Source: Asterias rubens (taxonomy: Eukaryota). Taken from it: a stretch of 64,000 nucleotides of DNA. Both the position numbers and the translations under genes were made by a program. Every line of letters begins with the position of its first letter. Positions within the stretch are counted from its first letter, which is position 1. Shown piece after piece: positions 27,299 through 40,600 of the stretch. The notes below the pieces were generated by a model, which worked only from the letters and a program-made list of their open reading frames with translations, was not told the DNA's origin and did not search any database. Location of the stretch: positions 12,214,001 through 12,278,000 of the forward strand of contig NC_047075.1 in the NCBI RefSeq assembly GCF_902459465.1. Reading direction: 5' to 3'.

Positions 27299-27439
27299 TC
27301 GTCCCAGAAAGTCTCCCTTTGGGGGTACCCCCAATCCCCACACCCATCCCACCCACTCCTCTATAGTTACACCACTGAGATCATTCCTTGCTCTCTGGTC
27401 TAATGTACTGTATGTGATGGTATAAATGCTACCTTCAGA

Positions 27440-28125
27440 CAGAGTTGCATAGTCACTGCACGTTAGTTGAAGAGCTTTCTTCAATACACTGCAATGCTGT
27501 ATCCCAAACTCTATGATGCTGCTTTTTATAGATGTCCAGTTGTCCATTATTCCAAATGCATGATCAGGATACATCGTTTTGTACTCCTCTTCAATCTATG
27601 ACATTCATTAGAATTAGAATAAACAGTCCTTGAGTTTTTTATTAATCTTAAATGCTTTATCCTGTATTTCAATATATGCAGAATGACAACAAAAATGAAA
27701 GGGCTCTATTATCTTTTTTCATAAAAATCACAAATAATGAACAGTTGGTAGGTTTTAACACACATTGTATTACCACAAGACAATGAAATTTAAACTATCT
27801 GTAACACACAGGGATATACGCAATTTGATGAAATGGACCAACAGTCAACTTTTCTGTTAAGGGTTCTTTAAAGTTTTGTTTTAATTACTATTCATGCTTA
27901 CCATCCCTTCATCCAACAGTCTTGGATACTCTGCAATGATTTCTCTGACTTTTCTTGCTTTGTCGTTGATCCACTTCCTTCTGTACTTTCTCGCATGTAG
28001 TCAATCACCTTGGTAGCTGGTTCTGTATTGTCCTTCAACCACTGCATCTTGTCTTTAGTAGAATCAGACATCTCCAGAGGTTCCACATCAGGGTCAGCCT
28101 CTGCTCCACTCTTAGCTGTAACTAT
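27440..28125 (-). pseudogene. Two exons of an uncharacterised, probably transposon-associated protein
   Basis: MQWLKDNTEPATKVIDYMRE...QDCWMKG (exon with donor at ~27900) and ...MYPDHAFGIMDNWTSIKSSII. Resembles TE accessory ORFs from memory only. Confidence 0.35.
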
Positions 28126-28799
28126 GAATGTAAGTCAATAGCAATTGCAAATTTATGTGTAATCACTAAAACTGTGTTTGGTGGTTAAGCATACCATGGT
28201 CAATTTACCTCAAATAATTTTGGGGGATGCCATAGAATGTGTGAATCAACAAGGTTGTAAGGGTATTTAATTTAAATATTTCAAGCTGCATCTTATAAAA
28301 ATGACAAGTCCCATTTTCCAGTGCTGGAGGTGTCAAGACTGGTCTCAGACTCGAGACTGTCTTGAATCATTTTATTTGAGTACTCGGACTCGGATTTGGG
28401 CTTGGATTACATTGACTCGAACTCTCCTGGTGTGGACTTGAACAACAGCACTGTCAGTTTCTTAAACACAAATTGAATTTAAATTTTTCATTTTGCAGAA
28501 AAGTAAATGATGAATTCAAGTACGACTTGCTTTTCTCTGAAGCTTTAGTAGACAAGCCCTTCTGAATCAGTTGTTTGCGAACATAACGAAGATGTTCTTC
28601 AAGGTATCCAGAGGCAGGACATTTGCTAGCTCCTTTTGCTTTATGTTTGCAGTGGCCGTCATTAAGTTATTATAGTTTAGTATTAATCAACAGTTAAGTG
28701 TTTCCTTAATTGGATTTTTTATATATATAAATATTCTAAATAAAATCCCAGCACTCTTATTCGTCAAGATCCATGACAATCGACAAGATCAAAATCTAA

Positions 28800-31700
28800 A
28801 TAGACAACAATAACAGGAGCTATTTATTTGAAAATAACCACTAAAAATGTAAAGCACAAGAACACAAAAAAAAATATACTAAATACGTACATGATGACTT
28901 TGTCTGCCTCAAATCTGTACAAAGTTAAATGAATTAAACTTGTTAGGAATAAATGAATCATGAAGGCAAGGAGCCGAGGGTAAGGTTTGAAATAGGGAAA
29001 AACCTTAAAACTCCCATTGGGCAATCTTAATTGCTTTCTTCTGGATCTTCCTCAGTCTAATCACCTCAGATATGGTGTTCTTAAAAAATGCTCCATCGTG
29101 GAGGATGTCGGCTACATTTCCAGGCAAAACTGAGGGGAAGTATTGAGACAATTTACCAAAAAGTTATAAAGAAGTGAATTCCAATTATTAAAAAATGAAA
29201 TAAAATCAATGCGTGTTCAACTGGTTAAAATAACAAACTTGGTTTCAGTTTGGTGATTTTTTTTTTTTTTTCAACTGAAACTTAATAACCACGTTCCTAC
29301 AACATTGTGCATCGTTGTTGTAAGGTTAGCATTAGATGCGTACGAGGGCAACGTCCGGACAATGTCACAGATACATCGGACTTCATCAGACAGTATCTTC
29401 TTTGCTTCCAGCAAAACCATGCGCTCTGTTGTCACAAGATTAAGGTCCGTGGCTAGGTCTAATCGCTTGGCCGGTTTGCGCCTTTGATCAGCTAGCAGTA
29501 CCAAGCTTTTTCTTGAACCCATCAAAGTTTCTTCCTAGCCCGGCTGATAATTGACATTGTCTGCCTCAAATCTGTACAAAGTTAAACGAATTAAACTTGT
29601 TAGGAATAAATGAATCATGAAGGCAAGGAGCCGAGGTTAAGGTTTGAAATAGGGAAAAACCTTAAAACTCCCATTGGGCAATCTGAATTGCATTCTTCTG
29701 GATCTTCCTCAGTCTAATCAGCTCAGATATGGTGTTCTTAAAAAATGCTCCATCGTGGAGGATGTCGGCTACATTGCCAGGCAAAACTGAGGGGAAGTAT
29801 TGAGACAATTTACCAAAAAATTATATAGAAGTGAATTCTAATTGTTAAAAATGAAATAAAATCAATGCGTGTTCAACTGGTTAAAATAACAAACTTGGTT
29901 TCAGTTTGGTGAAGTTTTTTTTTTCAACTGAAACTTAATAACCACGTTCATACAACATTGTGCATCGTTGTTGTAAGGTTAGCATTTGATGCGTACGAGG
30001 GCAACGTCCTGACAATGTCACACATACATCGGACTACATCACACAGTATCTTCTTTGCTTCCAGCAAAACCATGCGCTCTGTTGTCACAAGATGAAGGTC
30101 CGTGGCTAGGTTAAAACATGAAGATACTTTGTTCTTCACATTCATGTGTCTAACCGCTTGGCCGGTTTGCACCTTTGATCAGCTAGCAGTACCAAGCTTT
30201 TTCTTGAACCCATCAAAGTTTCTTCACAGCCCGGCTGATAATTGACAGCAGAATCAAATTTAACGAAGCACGAATATTGCTTTTCTTCGAGTCAGTTCTT
30301 TAACTCGCCATCGATGATGTTTTTTACTTGCAGCGTAATTTTGATGATGCTGCCGGCTCGAGGCATGTGTAGAGATAGTATCCCTATGGAGGATACATGC
30401 TCTATCGGTAGAGGACACTGCATCGCAGAAATCTTGCATGATGCACTGAGCCAGGATAACCTGCAAACACATTAACAATTACCCCCTTTTGTCACAAACG
30501 GCTTGAAGATTCACCGAATGGAACATTTTCAATGTTTTTCATTTCCGTTCATACAACAACAAATTTCAATAATTAGTATACAAAGCGATATTCTAAACAA
30601 ATCAGACAAAACCAAGATACACATGTCGAGTCCATACAACTAAACACAACAGACTGAACCAAGTTATACACATATTGAGTCCAAATAAAAGAAATCAACA
30701 AATTGAATTAATGTGTATGAATTCGAGAGAATGACGAGGCCGTGAGATGTAGATAAGATTGTACAGATAATTTCACTCGCAAAAAATCACAAAACAAGAT
30801 AATTCTTTCAGTTACATACAATACACATGTTAAATAAAAAAAAATACAATAAAAAATTTGAATTAACAGGTATGAATTCAAAAGAAGGACACGGCCTTTA
30901 TAAGTAGATAATTGCAGTTGTAACTTTAAAATTAATTTCAGTTGCAAAAAACCCCCTCAAAAACCCCAATATAATTCTTTCGGTGACCTAATATAAAAGA
31001 AATAAGCTCGTCTTGTCCCAGGGAAACAATTTTGTGGACTGTAGTTATGAATTTATTGACTTCACTACATATTTTGTGTGCAACATGAACCTTCACATGT
31101 TACTTTTCTACTTAGTTTTGTATCTTTATATTACCTGTTTCAGTCATTGACGTTGCAATTAATAACACACACTTCTCCTTATAAGTAATTCGAGATTTAA
31201 AACATTTTCAAGACCTTACCCCCAAAAGGTGGGCGTTTTGCAATCTCTGTGTGAGATATTCGTCACAGTGCAATTTATGTAGGACTGAGCATTCTCTACC
31301 TTTTTGAAGGCTGACGGCTGAAAAATTGACAGCGGAATAAAATCACTCGCACACGAGTCAGTTCTCTAACTGGCAATCGATGATGTGTTTTACTTGCAGT
31401 GTAATTTTCATGATGCGGCCGGCTCAAGGCTTGTGTAGAGATAGTACCCCGGTCTATCGGTTGAGGGGACTGCATCGTAGAACTCTTGCATCATGTACTG
31501 AGCCAGGATAGCCTGCAAACACACCAACAAGTACCCCTGTTGTCACAAACGTCTTGAAGATTCACCGAATAGAACATCTTGAATAGTTTTTATTTCCATT
31601 CGTACAACAAATAGTTTCAATAATTATTATATAAAGCAATATACTACACAGAACAGACTAAACCAAGTTATACACATGTTGAGTCAAATCAAAACCAATC

Positions 31701-32700
31701 CGTAAACTTGAATTAATAGGTATGAATTCAAAAGAAGGTAAGGCCTTTCTAAGAGCTAAGCTCGTCTTGTCTAAGGAAAAAAAAATTGTGTACTTAAATA
31801 AAATTCAAAATAATATTCCTTTAAATGCTTCACGAACAATAACGGTGGTTGTTGTAATCTTCTCTCTGCTTATCTTGAGATGTAAATGTTGGATGTAAGT
31901 GCAGTCGATACTTCCAACAATCTTGTCGAGGTGTCTGGTCCTGGCTCGGTTTCCAAATCCCTGTGCCGGAATTATTGGATTGTTTTCTTTAAAGACAGTG
32001 GACACTATTGGTCATTGTCAAAGACCAGTCTTCTCACTTGGTGTATATCAACATTTGCATAAAGTAACAAACCTGTGAAAATTTGAGCCTAATCGGTCGT
32101 CAAAGTTGTGAAATAATAAAGAAAGAAAAAAACACCCTTGTCACGGGAAGTTGTGTGCTTTCATATGCTGGATTTTGAGGCCTCAAATTCTAAACTTGAG
32201 ATCTCAAAATCAAAATCGTGGAAAATTGCTTCTTTTGGAATAGTATGTGACTAACTCAGAGGGAGCCTTTTCTCACAATGTTTTTTACTATCAACTCTCA
32301 AGTGTTACCAAGTGAGGTTTTATGCTGATAATTATTTTGAGTAATTACCAATAGTGTCCACTGCCTTTGACTGGCTGTTTATGCAGATTCTTTGATCTTC
32401 TGACTGAGATTTCGGGCAATAGTATATGGATGGATCTCACTTTTGTGAGATGCTACCCGCAAATTAGTGTTTGAAGGGTGACAACAGTCTTGGAAACAAA
32501 GGTAAACCATAAAACTAGACATCTTTTCCCACGTTACTTGTTTGCCGTTACTCCTCTTTTTCTGAACTTTCTCCAAAACGATGAGAGAAGGAGTATAAGT
32601 CAAGGATATAACAGTCTCATATCTTAAAAATTGCACGCCCTGGTGTGTTTCGCCCGGGCCCTAATGGTGTGGTTGTTGGGTGTGCGTTTCATCAACGCGG
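28800..32700 (-). mobile_element. Decayed Harbinger (DDE_Tnp_4) transposase with two internal duplications (28900-29556 / 29557-30247 and ~30310-30900 / ~31377-31745)
   Basis: Ordered remnants: N-terminal HTH-like GKQVTWEKM..V.L (~32500), KIVGSIDCTYI (~31900), FYSVNLQ.VCD..G...VFAGYPGSVHDARVLR (~31560-31480, again at ~30520-30420), and a THLM.PY-like segment (~30000 and ~29340). Confidence 0.7.
31993..32366. mobile_element. MITE family B (Kolobok-like, TTAA target) inserted in the Harbinger relic
   Basis: TTAA|AGACAGTGGACACTATTGGT ... ACCAATAGTGTCCACTGCCT|TTGA; the same family lies inverted at 59522-59820. Confidence 0.85.
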
Positions 32701-33559
32701 GCGTTTGAAAATGCAAGGAATGCAGGTTGAAGTGTTGATTATCTTGATCAGCTTCAGAAGTTACATTTCCAATTGTGCTGTTTTTTTTTTTGTTTTTTTT
32801 TTGGGGGGGTCATATATGCCTTTACCAAGTGCAGTCCAGAACATAGCTCGGGTTGAGTGCCATCTTCATTGCACTTGCGTACAAAATGGAGGAGTCCAAT
32901 TTGGGCTCACCCAAAATCTCGTTTCCGTTTGGGCCCCAGAATTACTGCCTCAACAAACAAACAAATACAGAATAATAAGGACAAAAGCAATCAAATCAGA
33001 GGCAAATTCATTCATTCATTCATTCTTTTTTATTAAAAAACCAACTGGCAGCACGAAGCTGAATAATGTGGCATTACAAGATAACAATATTGATAAAAAT
33101 AGCATAGATGAAAAAAACAAAAATTGCACCACAAAGGAACATTATATAACAAGACGACAATAAGTAAAAATAAATATTAGCTAAACCACAAAAAGACACT
33201 TTAAAAAATGCACAGGGTGTTGGGGGAACCCTCTTATACATAAAAACCCCACTATGGAATAAACCAGCTAAAAAAGAGAAACCCTAGCAGTTAAAAACTG
33301 AACGTATGACAAAAACAATGATAGCAACAAAGGGAAAACAAATTAGATAAAACAGAAAAGATTAACAAACAGTTACAGGATGTGGGAGACCCTCATTTAT
33401 GAGGGCATACTAAAGCATTGAAAATAAAATTTACAGCCCACACGCACACCAATAAAACAAAAGCAAATATGGAAGCTCCAGTCTAAGAGGATTGGTTTAA
33501 AAGTTTAGTGAGGAATGGAATTGCACTGTTGCCATAACGCTTAGTCCTATGTTTAGGCA

Positions 33560-34700
33560 CCATATATTTAGTAGCATTGCGAAGACCCATACTGTGAGTG
33601 TTGTTGTTATGAGGGAACCAACCGGCATATCTATCAGAGGTACTACATTTAACAGCAAAGTTAGTACATAATGTGTGGGCATATTAAGCTTGTAATTTTT
33701 TTTCATCTGTAAGTACAATATGCCTTGAGCAACAAATGCTGCTTGTTCACACAGAAACGTAGTATTATAGTATTTGAGATAGCTCATAACATGCTCAACA
33801 TGGATCCGACATCTAGAATTTTCATGATTGTACATGGACATTGCCAACTGATCTTCCACACTTTTAACTTGTCTGATAATTTGGCTAGGTACTTCGTCAT
33901 GATGGAGTACCGGTTGGTTTACCATTTACCCCAGGACCTCGGGAAAAACTTCTCCCTGGCCCTAAGCAAGGCAGATGGGCGTTCACAAACGATTGGCACA
34001 AACCAAAGAGGATAGCCTTTGAGATAGGTCATAACATGCTCAACATGGATCCGACATGATTGAACATGGATATGGCCAACCGATTTTCCCTCATATTCGG
34101 CTTGTCTGATTTGCTTGGCTTGTTACTTCGTCATGATGGGGTGTACCGGGTGGTGTAACCAGGAAAAAGCTTCTCCCTGTTCCAAGGAAGAAGAGCGTAT
34201 ACACCTGCATCGTTCATATGGACAGGAAACCCGCCGTAAACATATCTGATGTTTCTGTCATTGTCAGTGATATAAAATTAGTTTGGATATAGTGAGGCCG
34301 TTTTACATGTCATATGTTGGAAAATGTCTCATCCAGATCAACACCTCCATAACCCGGTTTCTAGCTAGATGTTGGTGTCTCTGCACAGCTCCTTGATTTT
34401 CTTGTGACGGCTGTAGATCCTGCAGGGTGATTCTCCTGTCGGTCAGAAACATCCCGGGAGATCAGGAGCGGCGTCAAAGTGCAGATCTCAAGGTGGAAGA
34501 AGTCTTTGTCCTTCAAACTGGGGAAACAGACGTACAGACTTGGATTCGCAGGAGATTATACCATGTTCTTGCTTACTTGAGGTTGACAGATGTGAAGCGG
34601 TTCAAACAGCACTTCAGATGCAGTACACCACAGATTTTGCTGCTTGAGGCACCCATTTCATTTTCAATGATGAGATCCTTATTCACCTATATATAGCGTT
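33560..34700 (-). pseudogene. Decayed ISL2EU/Harbinger-type transposase with a local duplication (~33770-33960 / 34020-34190)
   Basis: HTH_Tnp_4-like RVMEVLIWMRHFPTYDM (~34350-34300) and C-terminal YNHENSRCRIHVEHVMSYLK (~33835-33775). Confidence 0.5.
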
Positions 34701-34899
34701 ACTAGGGTAGTGCAGAAGTGATGTCACATGCAAAGTACGTAAGAAATGAGATGAAGTAGGTGGCGACAAGAAAAACAGACTAATAACAATAGACAAAAAA
34801 CTTGTGGTGCGTAAAAATGGAAGAATGAATTACAGATGTGAGCCCGCAGGTAGCCTTATCCCTCTGATAGCCGCAGTGCAGTTTATTTGAGGGCTGCTG

Positions 34900-35330
34900 T
34901 TGAAGGGGACATAACAGCGGCTGCTTGGAGCTGGTTCCATAGTCAGATGGATCGATGGTATGAGTATTTGTTCTCCGAAAGTCGCCCTTGACTAGACAAA
35001 CCGTGCAGCAGCCCACTGGACTTGTCTCAAGGCGGTTACTGTGTAAAAGCATATTCTAACTGAGGGCTTTGACTTCTTGTGTGCAGGGCGAGTATAACTG
35101 AGTAACCCAAAGGTGCGACCAGCCGTCTGCTTGATTTTCTTGCAGTGGTCGTCCCATCGAAGATCATGAGATCCATGTATGTACTCGTCTGTCCAAAGAT
35201 GTTGTAATGGAAAGTACTTGGGTTGCTCTTCTTTGTTATAGAAAGGATAGCACACTTTTTACGGTTAATATCTGGATGCAAACTCATCTGGAGAAGTATC
35301 ATTCAACCCAGCCACATACAACTTTTAAAA
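34900..35330 (-). mobile_element. Degenerate LINE RT C-terminal fragment
   Basis: INRKKCAILSITKKSNPSTFHYNI ... HDLRWDDHCKKIKQTAGRTFGLL in shifting frames. Confidence 0.6.
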
Positions 35331-35672
35331 ATCTTTGTTCAGACATAAACACTCCACCTGCATACCTGCCAACCATTCCAACTTTGACGTATTCATAACA
35401 GAAATACAAGCTGTACTCCGGATTACGAATGTATCACCCTTTATTACACATTTCCTCGAAATACTGTACATTGTGAATTAAATACAGCGATTTGTAAATA
35501 ATTTGAGCGGTATGATGTTTCAATTATATTTGTCGTCTGGCTTTCCAAACAATATGTTTGTTGTAACTTGTTAATTAAAAACAGTGATTTATGAACATTT
35601 TGAGCGGTTTGATGTTTCAATTATTTATCCGTCTTGCTTTTCAAACCATATATTTGTCGTTGAGCATGCAAT

Positions 35673-36522
35673 TGTAGTGTTTTGTTATCAGTCCGGAGAC
35701 AATTAAGGAAGGCCTGACACCTTGTTTTTGGGTTGCTCACTGATACGTTACTCTGCTGACAGATTTATTCACCATCCGAAGAAAACCTATTACAAACATA
35801 GATCCATAAATCTAATTAATTATCATGCATGTAACGACTAATATTTAAGATTACTTTTCCACAAGTAGCCTTCCACCTCAGTTACACTAAACAAGTCTAC
35901 ATAACACTTAATTATAGGCCGGATACATATCCATACAACGTGAACTTCAGATCATGTGCTGTATATTGATCAACCATTGTTACCCAGTTTCACCCAAATT
36001 AACCCTCTAAATTTCTACTCACCAACCGATCCGTTCCTCTATTTATTGGCAATCAAACTGGCTCCATGAGCGGGTCTCTCCAACTTCTTCCTCCACCCCG
36101 AATGTTGGATTTTACCCTCTCATCATTGTCATACGTGACACTCATTTAGAGACCAACAACGAAAAAGGACGCAACAAATAGACCCCTCCGCCTAAACCGG
36201 CTAAAATTACTACGCTACACACTGATTAATTACCAAACTCACCTATAATGAGCTGAATATTGAAAATAGCATAGTGAATATTTGTAATAATGTGTACAAT
36301 TACATTACATACAAGAATAAAGACGAGATTGAGACCCAAATTCTTTCTCAGATAAAATAATCCAAAAAGTTATGCCTTTTTACATCCTTGACATTTGTAT
36401 CCGTGCGACTACCGTTTAAGTACAATGGCGCCCTCTATCGTTTACCAAAGTCATTCAACAAACTTTTTATCACCGTAATTAACGAAATGCCCATGGGTAT
36501 CATAAAATATTGATTCATCACA
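35673..36522 (-). repeat. 3' LTR (850 bp)
   Basis: Matches 43400-44249; I spotted only one substitution by eye (caccgtaatt vs caccgtgatt). Confidence 0.95.
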
Positions 36523-36534
36523 TTCTCCCCTACT
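36523..36534 (-). promoter_or_regulatory. Polypurine tract (AGTAGGGGAGAA) abutting the 3' LTR
   Basis: Purine-rich run immediately before TGTGATG on the minus strand. Confidence 0.8.
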
Positions 36535-36792
36535 AGTTCGATCAACTCCTGAGGATCGATTGAATGATTCAGCATCACATGAGGATAAAAATGTTCCCCT
36601 TAATCTTACAAATAAGCGAATCATACTAATCACCAAAATACAATATGTATACCATCTTTCTCGCACCAACCCATATTTGCTTTATAGAACAGAGAAAATA
36701 TTTGAACAAAAGTTACATGTATTTAACCAAACTTTTTGTTTTTCTTTAAACCTACAAGAAAACACAATTAGCATATTATCATCTGACATTAA

Positions 36793-37374
36793 TTATGCCC
36801 ATACGCGAGATTCAAAGTACTTTGTTATCTGACGAAGCGTTTTCTCATACAGTGCCATTCCCGAAGTGTTCAGGTGGACCCCATCAAGGTTATACCGAGA
36901 GTTCTTTAACCCTCTGTGCTCCCACAACCACCATTGGTCTTCCACAAAGGTCGACTGCTGAATAAGATCATTAAATCTCTCTGCTCGATCATTAAATTCT
37001 TCGAGTGAGACCTGACCACCCCGTAAACCTCCTGTCCTAGGGAGTACTGGCAGAAACACTATTACCTCTGGGTTAATACCCCTCTTGGGTAACTCATACA
37101 CAAAGTCACAGAGTGAAGAATGCACTTGGTTTGGATTAACATTTTTAGAACACAAATCATTTGTACCCAAGTCAATAATTAAAACTAAAGGATTTGCCTG
37201 CCGTAAATATTCATAATACTTCCTCGGCCTTGCCCGAATCCTACTTAAAGTGAGACCGCCCTCACCAATACATGTAACAGGAACTACCTTACTCTGTAAC
37301 TCAATTTTAAACTGAGAACCTCGCTTCCTTTTCAAGCGTTTAACAAAACTGTGCCCAAAAAGGACAAAACTCAT
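36793..37374 (-). CDS. SGNH/GDSL-type hydrolase (esterase) ORF3 of the Gypsy element, 193 aa, intact
   Basis: Block I LFGHSF, block II GEGG, block III LGTND, block V DGVHLN; Ser-Asp-His triad present. Lies between the pol stop and the PPT. Confidence 0.9.
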   Translation of the reverse strand: MSFVLFGHSFVKRLKRKRGSQFKIELQSKVVPVTCIGEGGLTLSRIRARPRKYYEYLRQANPLVLIIDLGTNDLCSKNVNPNQVHSSLCDFVYELPKRGINPEVIVFLPVLPRTGGLRGGQVSLEEFNDRAERFNDLIQQSTFVEDQWWLWEHRGLKNSRYNLDGVHLNTSGMALYEKTLRQITKYFESRVWA

Positions 37375-37624
37375 TTTCCGTTTAAGAACACAATACTACA
37401 AAAGGGGGAGGAAGCCCTATCAACCCACTCCTTTACCACTTAATCAATTACAAATTTACACAATTTCCTATCACCATGTCAGTCCACTGGTAGCCAGAAT
37501 ACCCAGTGGTGCCCTACAGTAAGGTGTGCCATTGCGGAAACTGGATGCCCCAAGTCTTTCCAGCAAGACAACTCCCTGACCTTCTGCAATCACTGAGAAC
37601 CCCCGCCACCAGAGTAAAGACAAA

Positions 37625-40600
37625 TCACTTAATAGCTGAACAGGGCAATCTGAATGGATTGCTGTGTTTACCCCTTGTAGTTCGTTGAGAACTTCTTAGG
37701 TGCTCAGATGCAGGGCAATGTAAACTTGGGGGCTCCCCTACTTCTACATTGCTCACGCCCTGTAAATCTTGAACCAGAGACTGATCCCCTGAAGGCTCAG
37801 TGTGTAGGACCTCCCAATCTGAATCTCCATCAGACTCATCACTCTCATTTTCTGTGTCACTTTCTGCAAAGGGATCTAACCGCAAGAGTTTTCTATTAAC
37901 TACTCTTTCTGGGCCCCCCTTCAAGGGACGGATACGAAATACATCGCTATGCTCATTTATCCAAACGACCACATATGGGTCTCTTTCAAACTTGTCAGCC
38001 AGTTTGTGGCGTCCCTTGAATGCGCATTTTCTGAGTAGAACATGGGACCCAATCTCAATAGGTTTGCTAGGTTTTACTTTCCTATCATAAGTAGCCTTGT
38101 TGCGATTGCAGCTTTTTGCTACTCGTTCCTTTACTAACTCACTAGCTCTAGAGAGCAAAGAAGATTGTTCTCTGACAAAATCTTGATCCCAATCGTTATC
38201 AGTTCTCCCCAACATCTGGTCTAGAGGTATCAATGGTTCCCTACCAAACATAAGCAAATACGGCGCTACTCCAGTGGTGCAATGCGGAGTAGCATTATAC
38301 ACAAATACAAGGTGCTGTAAAAGGTCAGGCCACCTCCGCCTATCCCGCTCATCCATGGACTTAATGAGTCCAAACAGAGTCCGGTTGAAGCGCTCTGTTT
38401 GAGCGTTCCCCTCGGGGTGGTAAGGAGTTGTTCTGGTCTTTTTCATGCCGTACAATGCACACAATTCCCTCACAACTTCCCCTTCAAAATTCCGACCCTG
38501 GTCGCTGTGCAAACGACAAGGTATTCCATATTTGGAAAACCACTGATTCCTCAAGACTTTGGCAACAGTTACTGCATGTTGATCCTTACACGGATATGCC
38601 TGTACAAATTTTGTATAGATGTCGGTCATGACCAGAACATCCTCATAGCCTCCTGCCCCTCGATCAATTTTGACAAAATCTATGGCTAGCACTTCGAGTG
38701 GTCGAAATGCTAAAAGGTGCCGCATTGGCACTTTTGCTTGAGGCTCTGACGCCTTAGAGATTACACATTGTTCACAATGACCGATATGCCGACGCACTGA
38801 ACCAGCCATTTTGGGCCAAAACACCCGCCGCCTCAGGAGGGCACACGTTCTCACAACACCTTGATGCCCCCACCCATCATGACAACCCTCTAACACCCTC
38901 TGTTGTAAACTTGTGGGCATCAGTACTTGATCTAGTTCACCATGCAATGGGTCCATGACACGACGATGTAAAACACCATCCTTTTCTATGAACCTGGGCC
39001 ACTGCCACAACCACGATTTGATTTCTACTGGCTCCTCCCTTTCAGCCTGAAAAACTTCATTCGGTTTCCAACCTTGATCCCAACGTTCCCAGATACACTT
39101 CAGCACTGGATCAGCCCTTTGTAGGGCAGACAGCTGCTCTGGTGTCCACGATGGGAAAATACCTGATTGACACTTAACCTGTGGAGGTCCAGCCTTTGTA
39201 TCATGAGAAGTTAATACCTTATGTACCTCTATATGTTGCAATGGAACCACTGTGGAGTGGACCTTACATTGCAGTATTTCCTCAACTTCCCCTGTTAGTG
39301 AGTGACTTGGGTTGCGACTTAGTGCATCCGCTACACGATTACTAGCCCCTGATCTAAATTTCACATCAAAGGTAAAAGCTGCAAGTTGTGCTATCCAGCG
39401 CATTTCACATGCGCCCAACTTAGCTGTCTGTAGATAAGATAAGGGGTTATTATCTGTTAGCACTGTAAATGGTACCCCAAGGAGATAATCTCTAAATTTA
39501 TCAACCACAGCCCATTTTAGGGACAAAAGCTCCAACTTAAAAGAACTAAAATCGGGGTACCTAGCTTCAGCCCCCCTCAGCCCCCGACTAGCAAATGCAA
39601 CTGGATGTCTCTTGCCCTGCAAGGAGGCATCTATCTCCAACACAAATGGCCTAGAAAAATCTGGATATGCAAGCACTGGTGCTTGCGTCAAGGTCTGCTT
39701 TAATGTATCAAAGGCCACCTGTGCCTCAGAACTCCAACAAAATGGCGAAGGTTTGGATCTCGAATTTCCCTTAGCCAGTGAGGGCACTAAAGCATGCAAG
39801 GGTGCGGCAATTTTTGAAAAGCCGGGTACAAAGCGCCGGTAATAACCGGCCAGACCAAGAAATGACCGCAATTGTGCCCCTGTCTTAGGTATTGGCCAAT
39901 CCTCAATTCTCTTAATCTTGTCATTGTCTACTGCAACACCCTCTGGCCCTACCACATGTCCTAAGTAAGACACATGCCTACGAAATAACTTGCACTTTGC
40001 ACCCTTGATCTTAAGTCCAAAATCTGCCAATCTAGTGAAGACTCTGTCAAGCCTATCTATGTGTTCCTGTACCGTAGAGGAATATACCAGGATGTCATCT
40101 AAATAGATTAAAAGCTCTGATAAATTCAAGTCACCAAGGCACATCTCCATCACTCTCTGAAAGGTTCCAGGGGCATTTACCAGCCCGAACGGCATTCTCG
40201 TATATTCGAACAGCCCAAAAGGTACTCTGAATGCAGTTTTACTTATTGATTCTGAGTCCATTACAACCTGATGGTATCCATGGGCTAAATCTAATGAAGA
40301 AAAGTACCTTGCACCCTGGAGCGCCTCCAGCGACTCCTCGATACGAGGCAATGGAAATGAGTCTCGTACTGTTTTGGCATTAAGCCTCCTATAATCAACA
40401 CAAATCCTTAGCGACCCATCCTTCTTTTGGACCAATACAATGGGGCTGGCATAGGGGCTTTTACTCTTTTGTATGATACCTTGATCAAGAAACTTCTGGA
40501 GTAATTCCCTAACTTCTCTAAAATGTTGCGGCGGAATTCGTCTGTAAGGCTGGCTAATTGATTTATCATCAGTAGTGTCAATCTTGTGGGGAACCTTATC

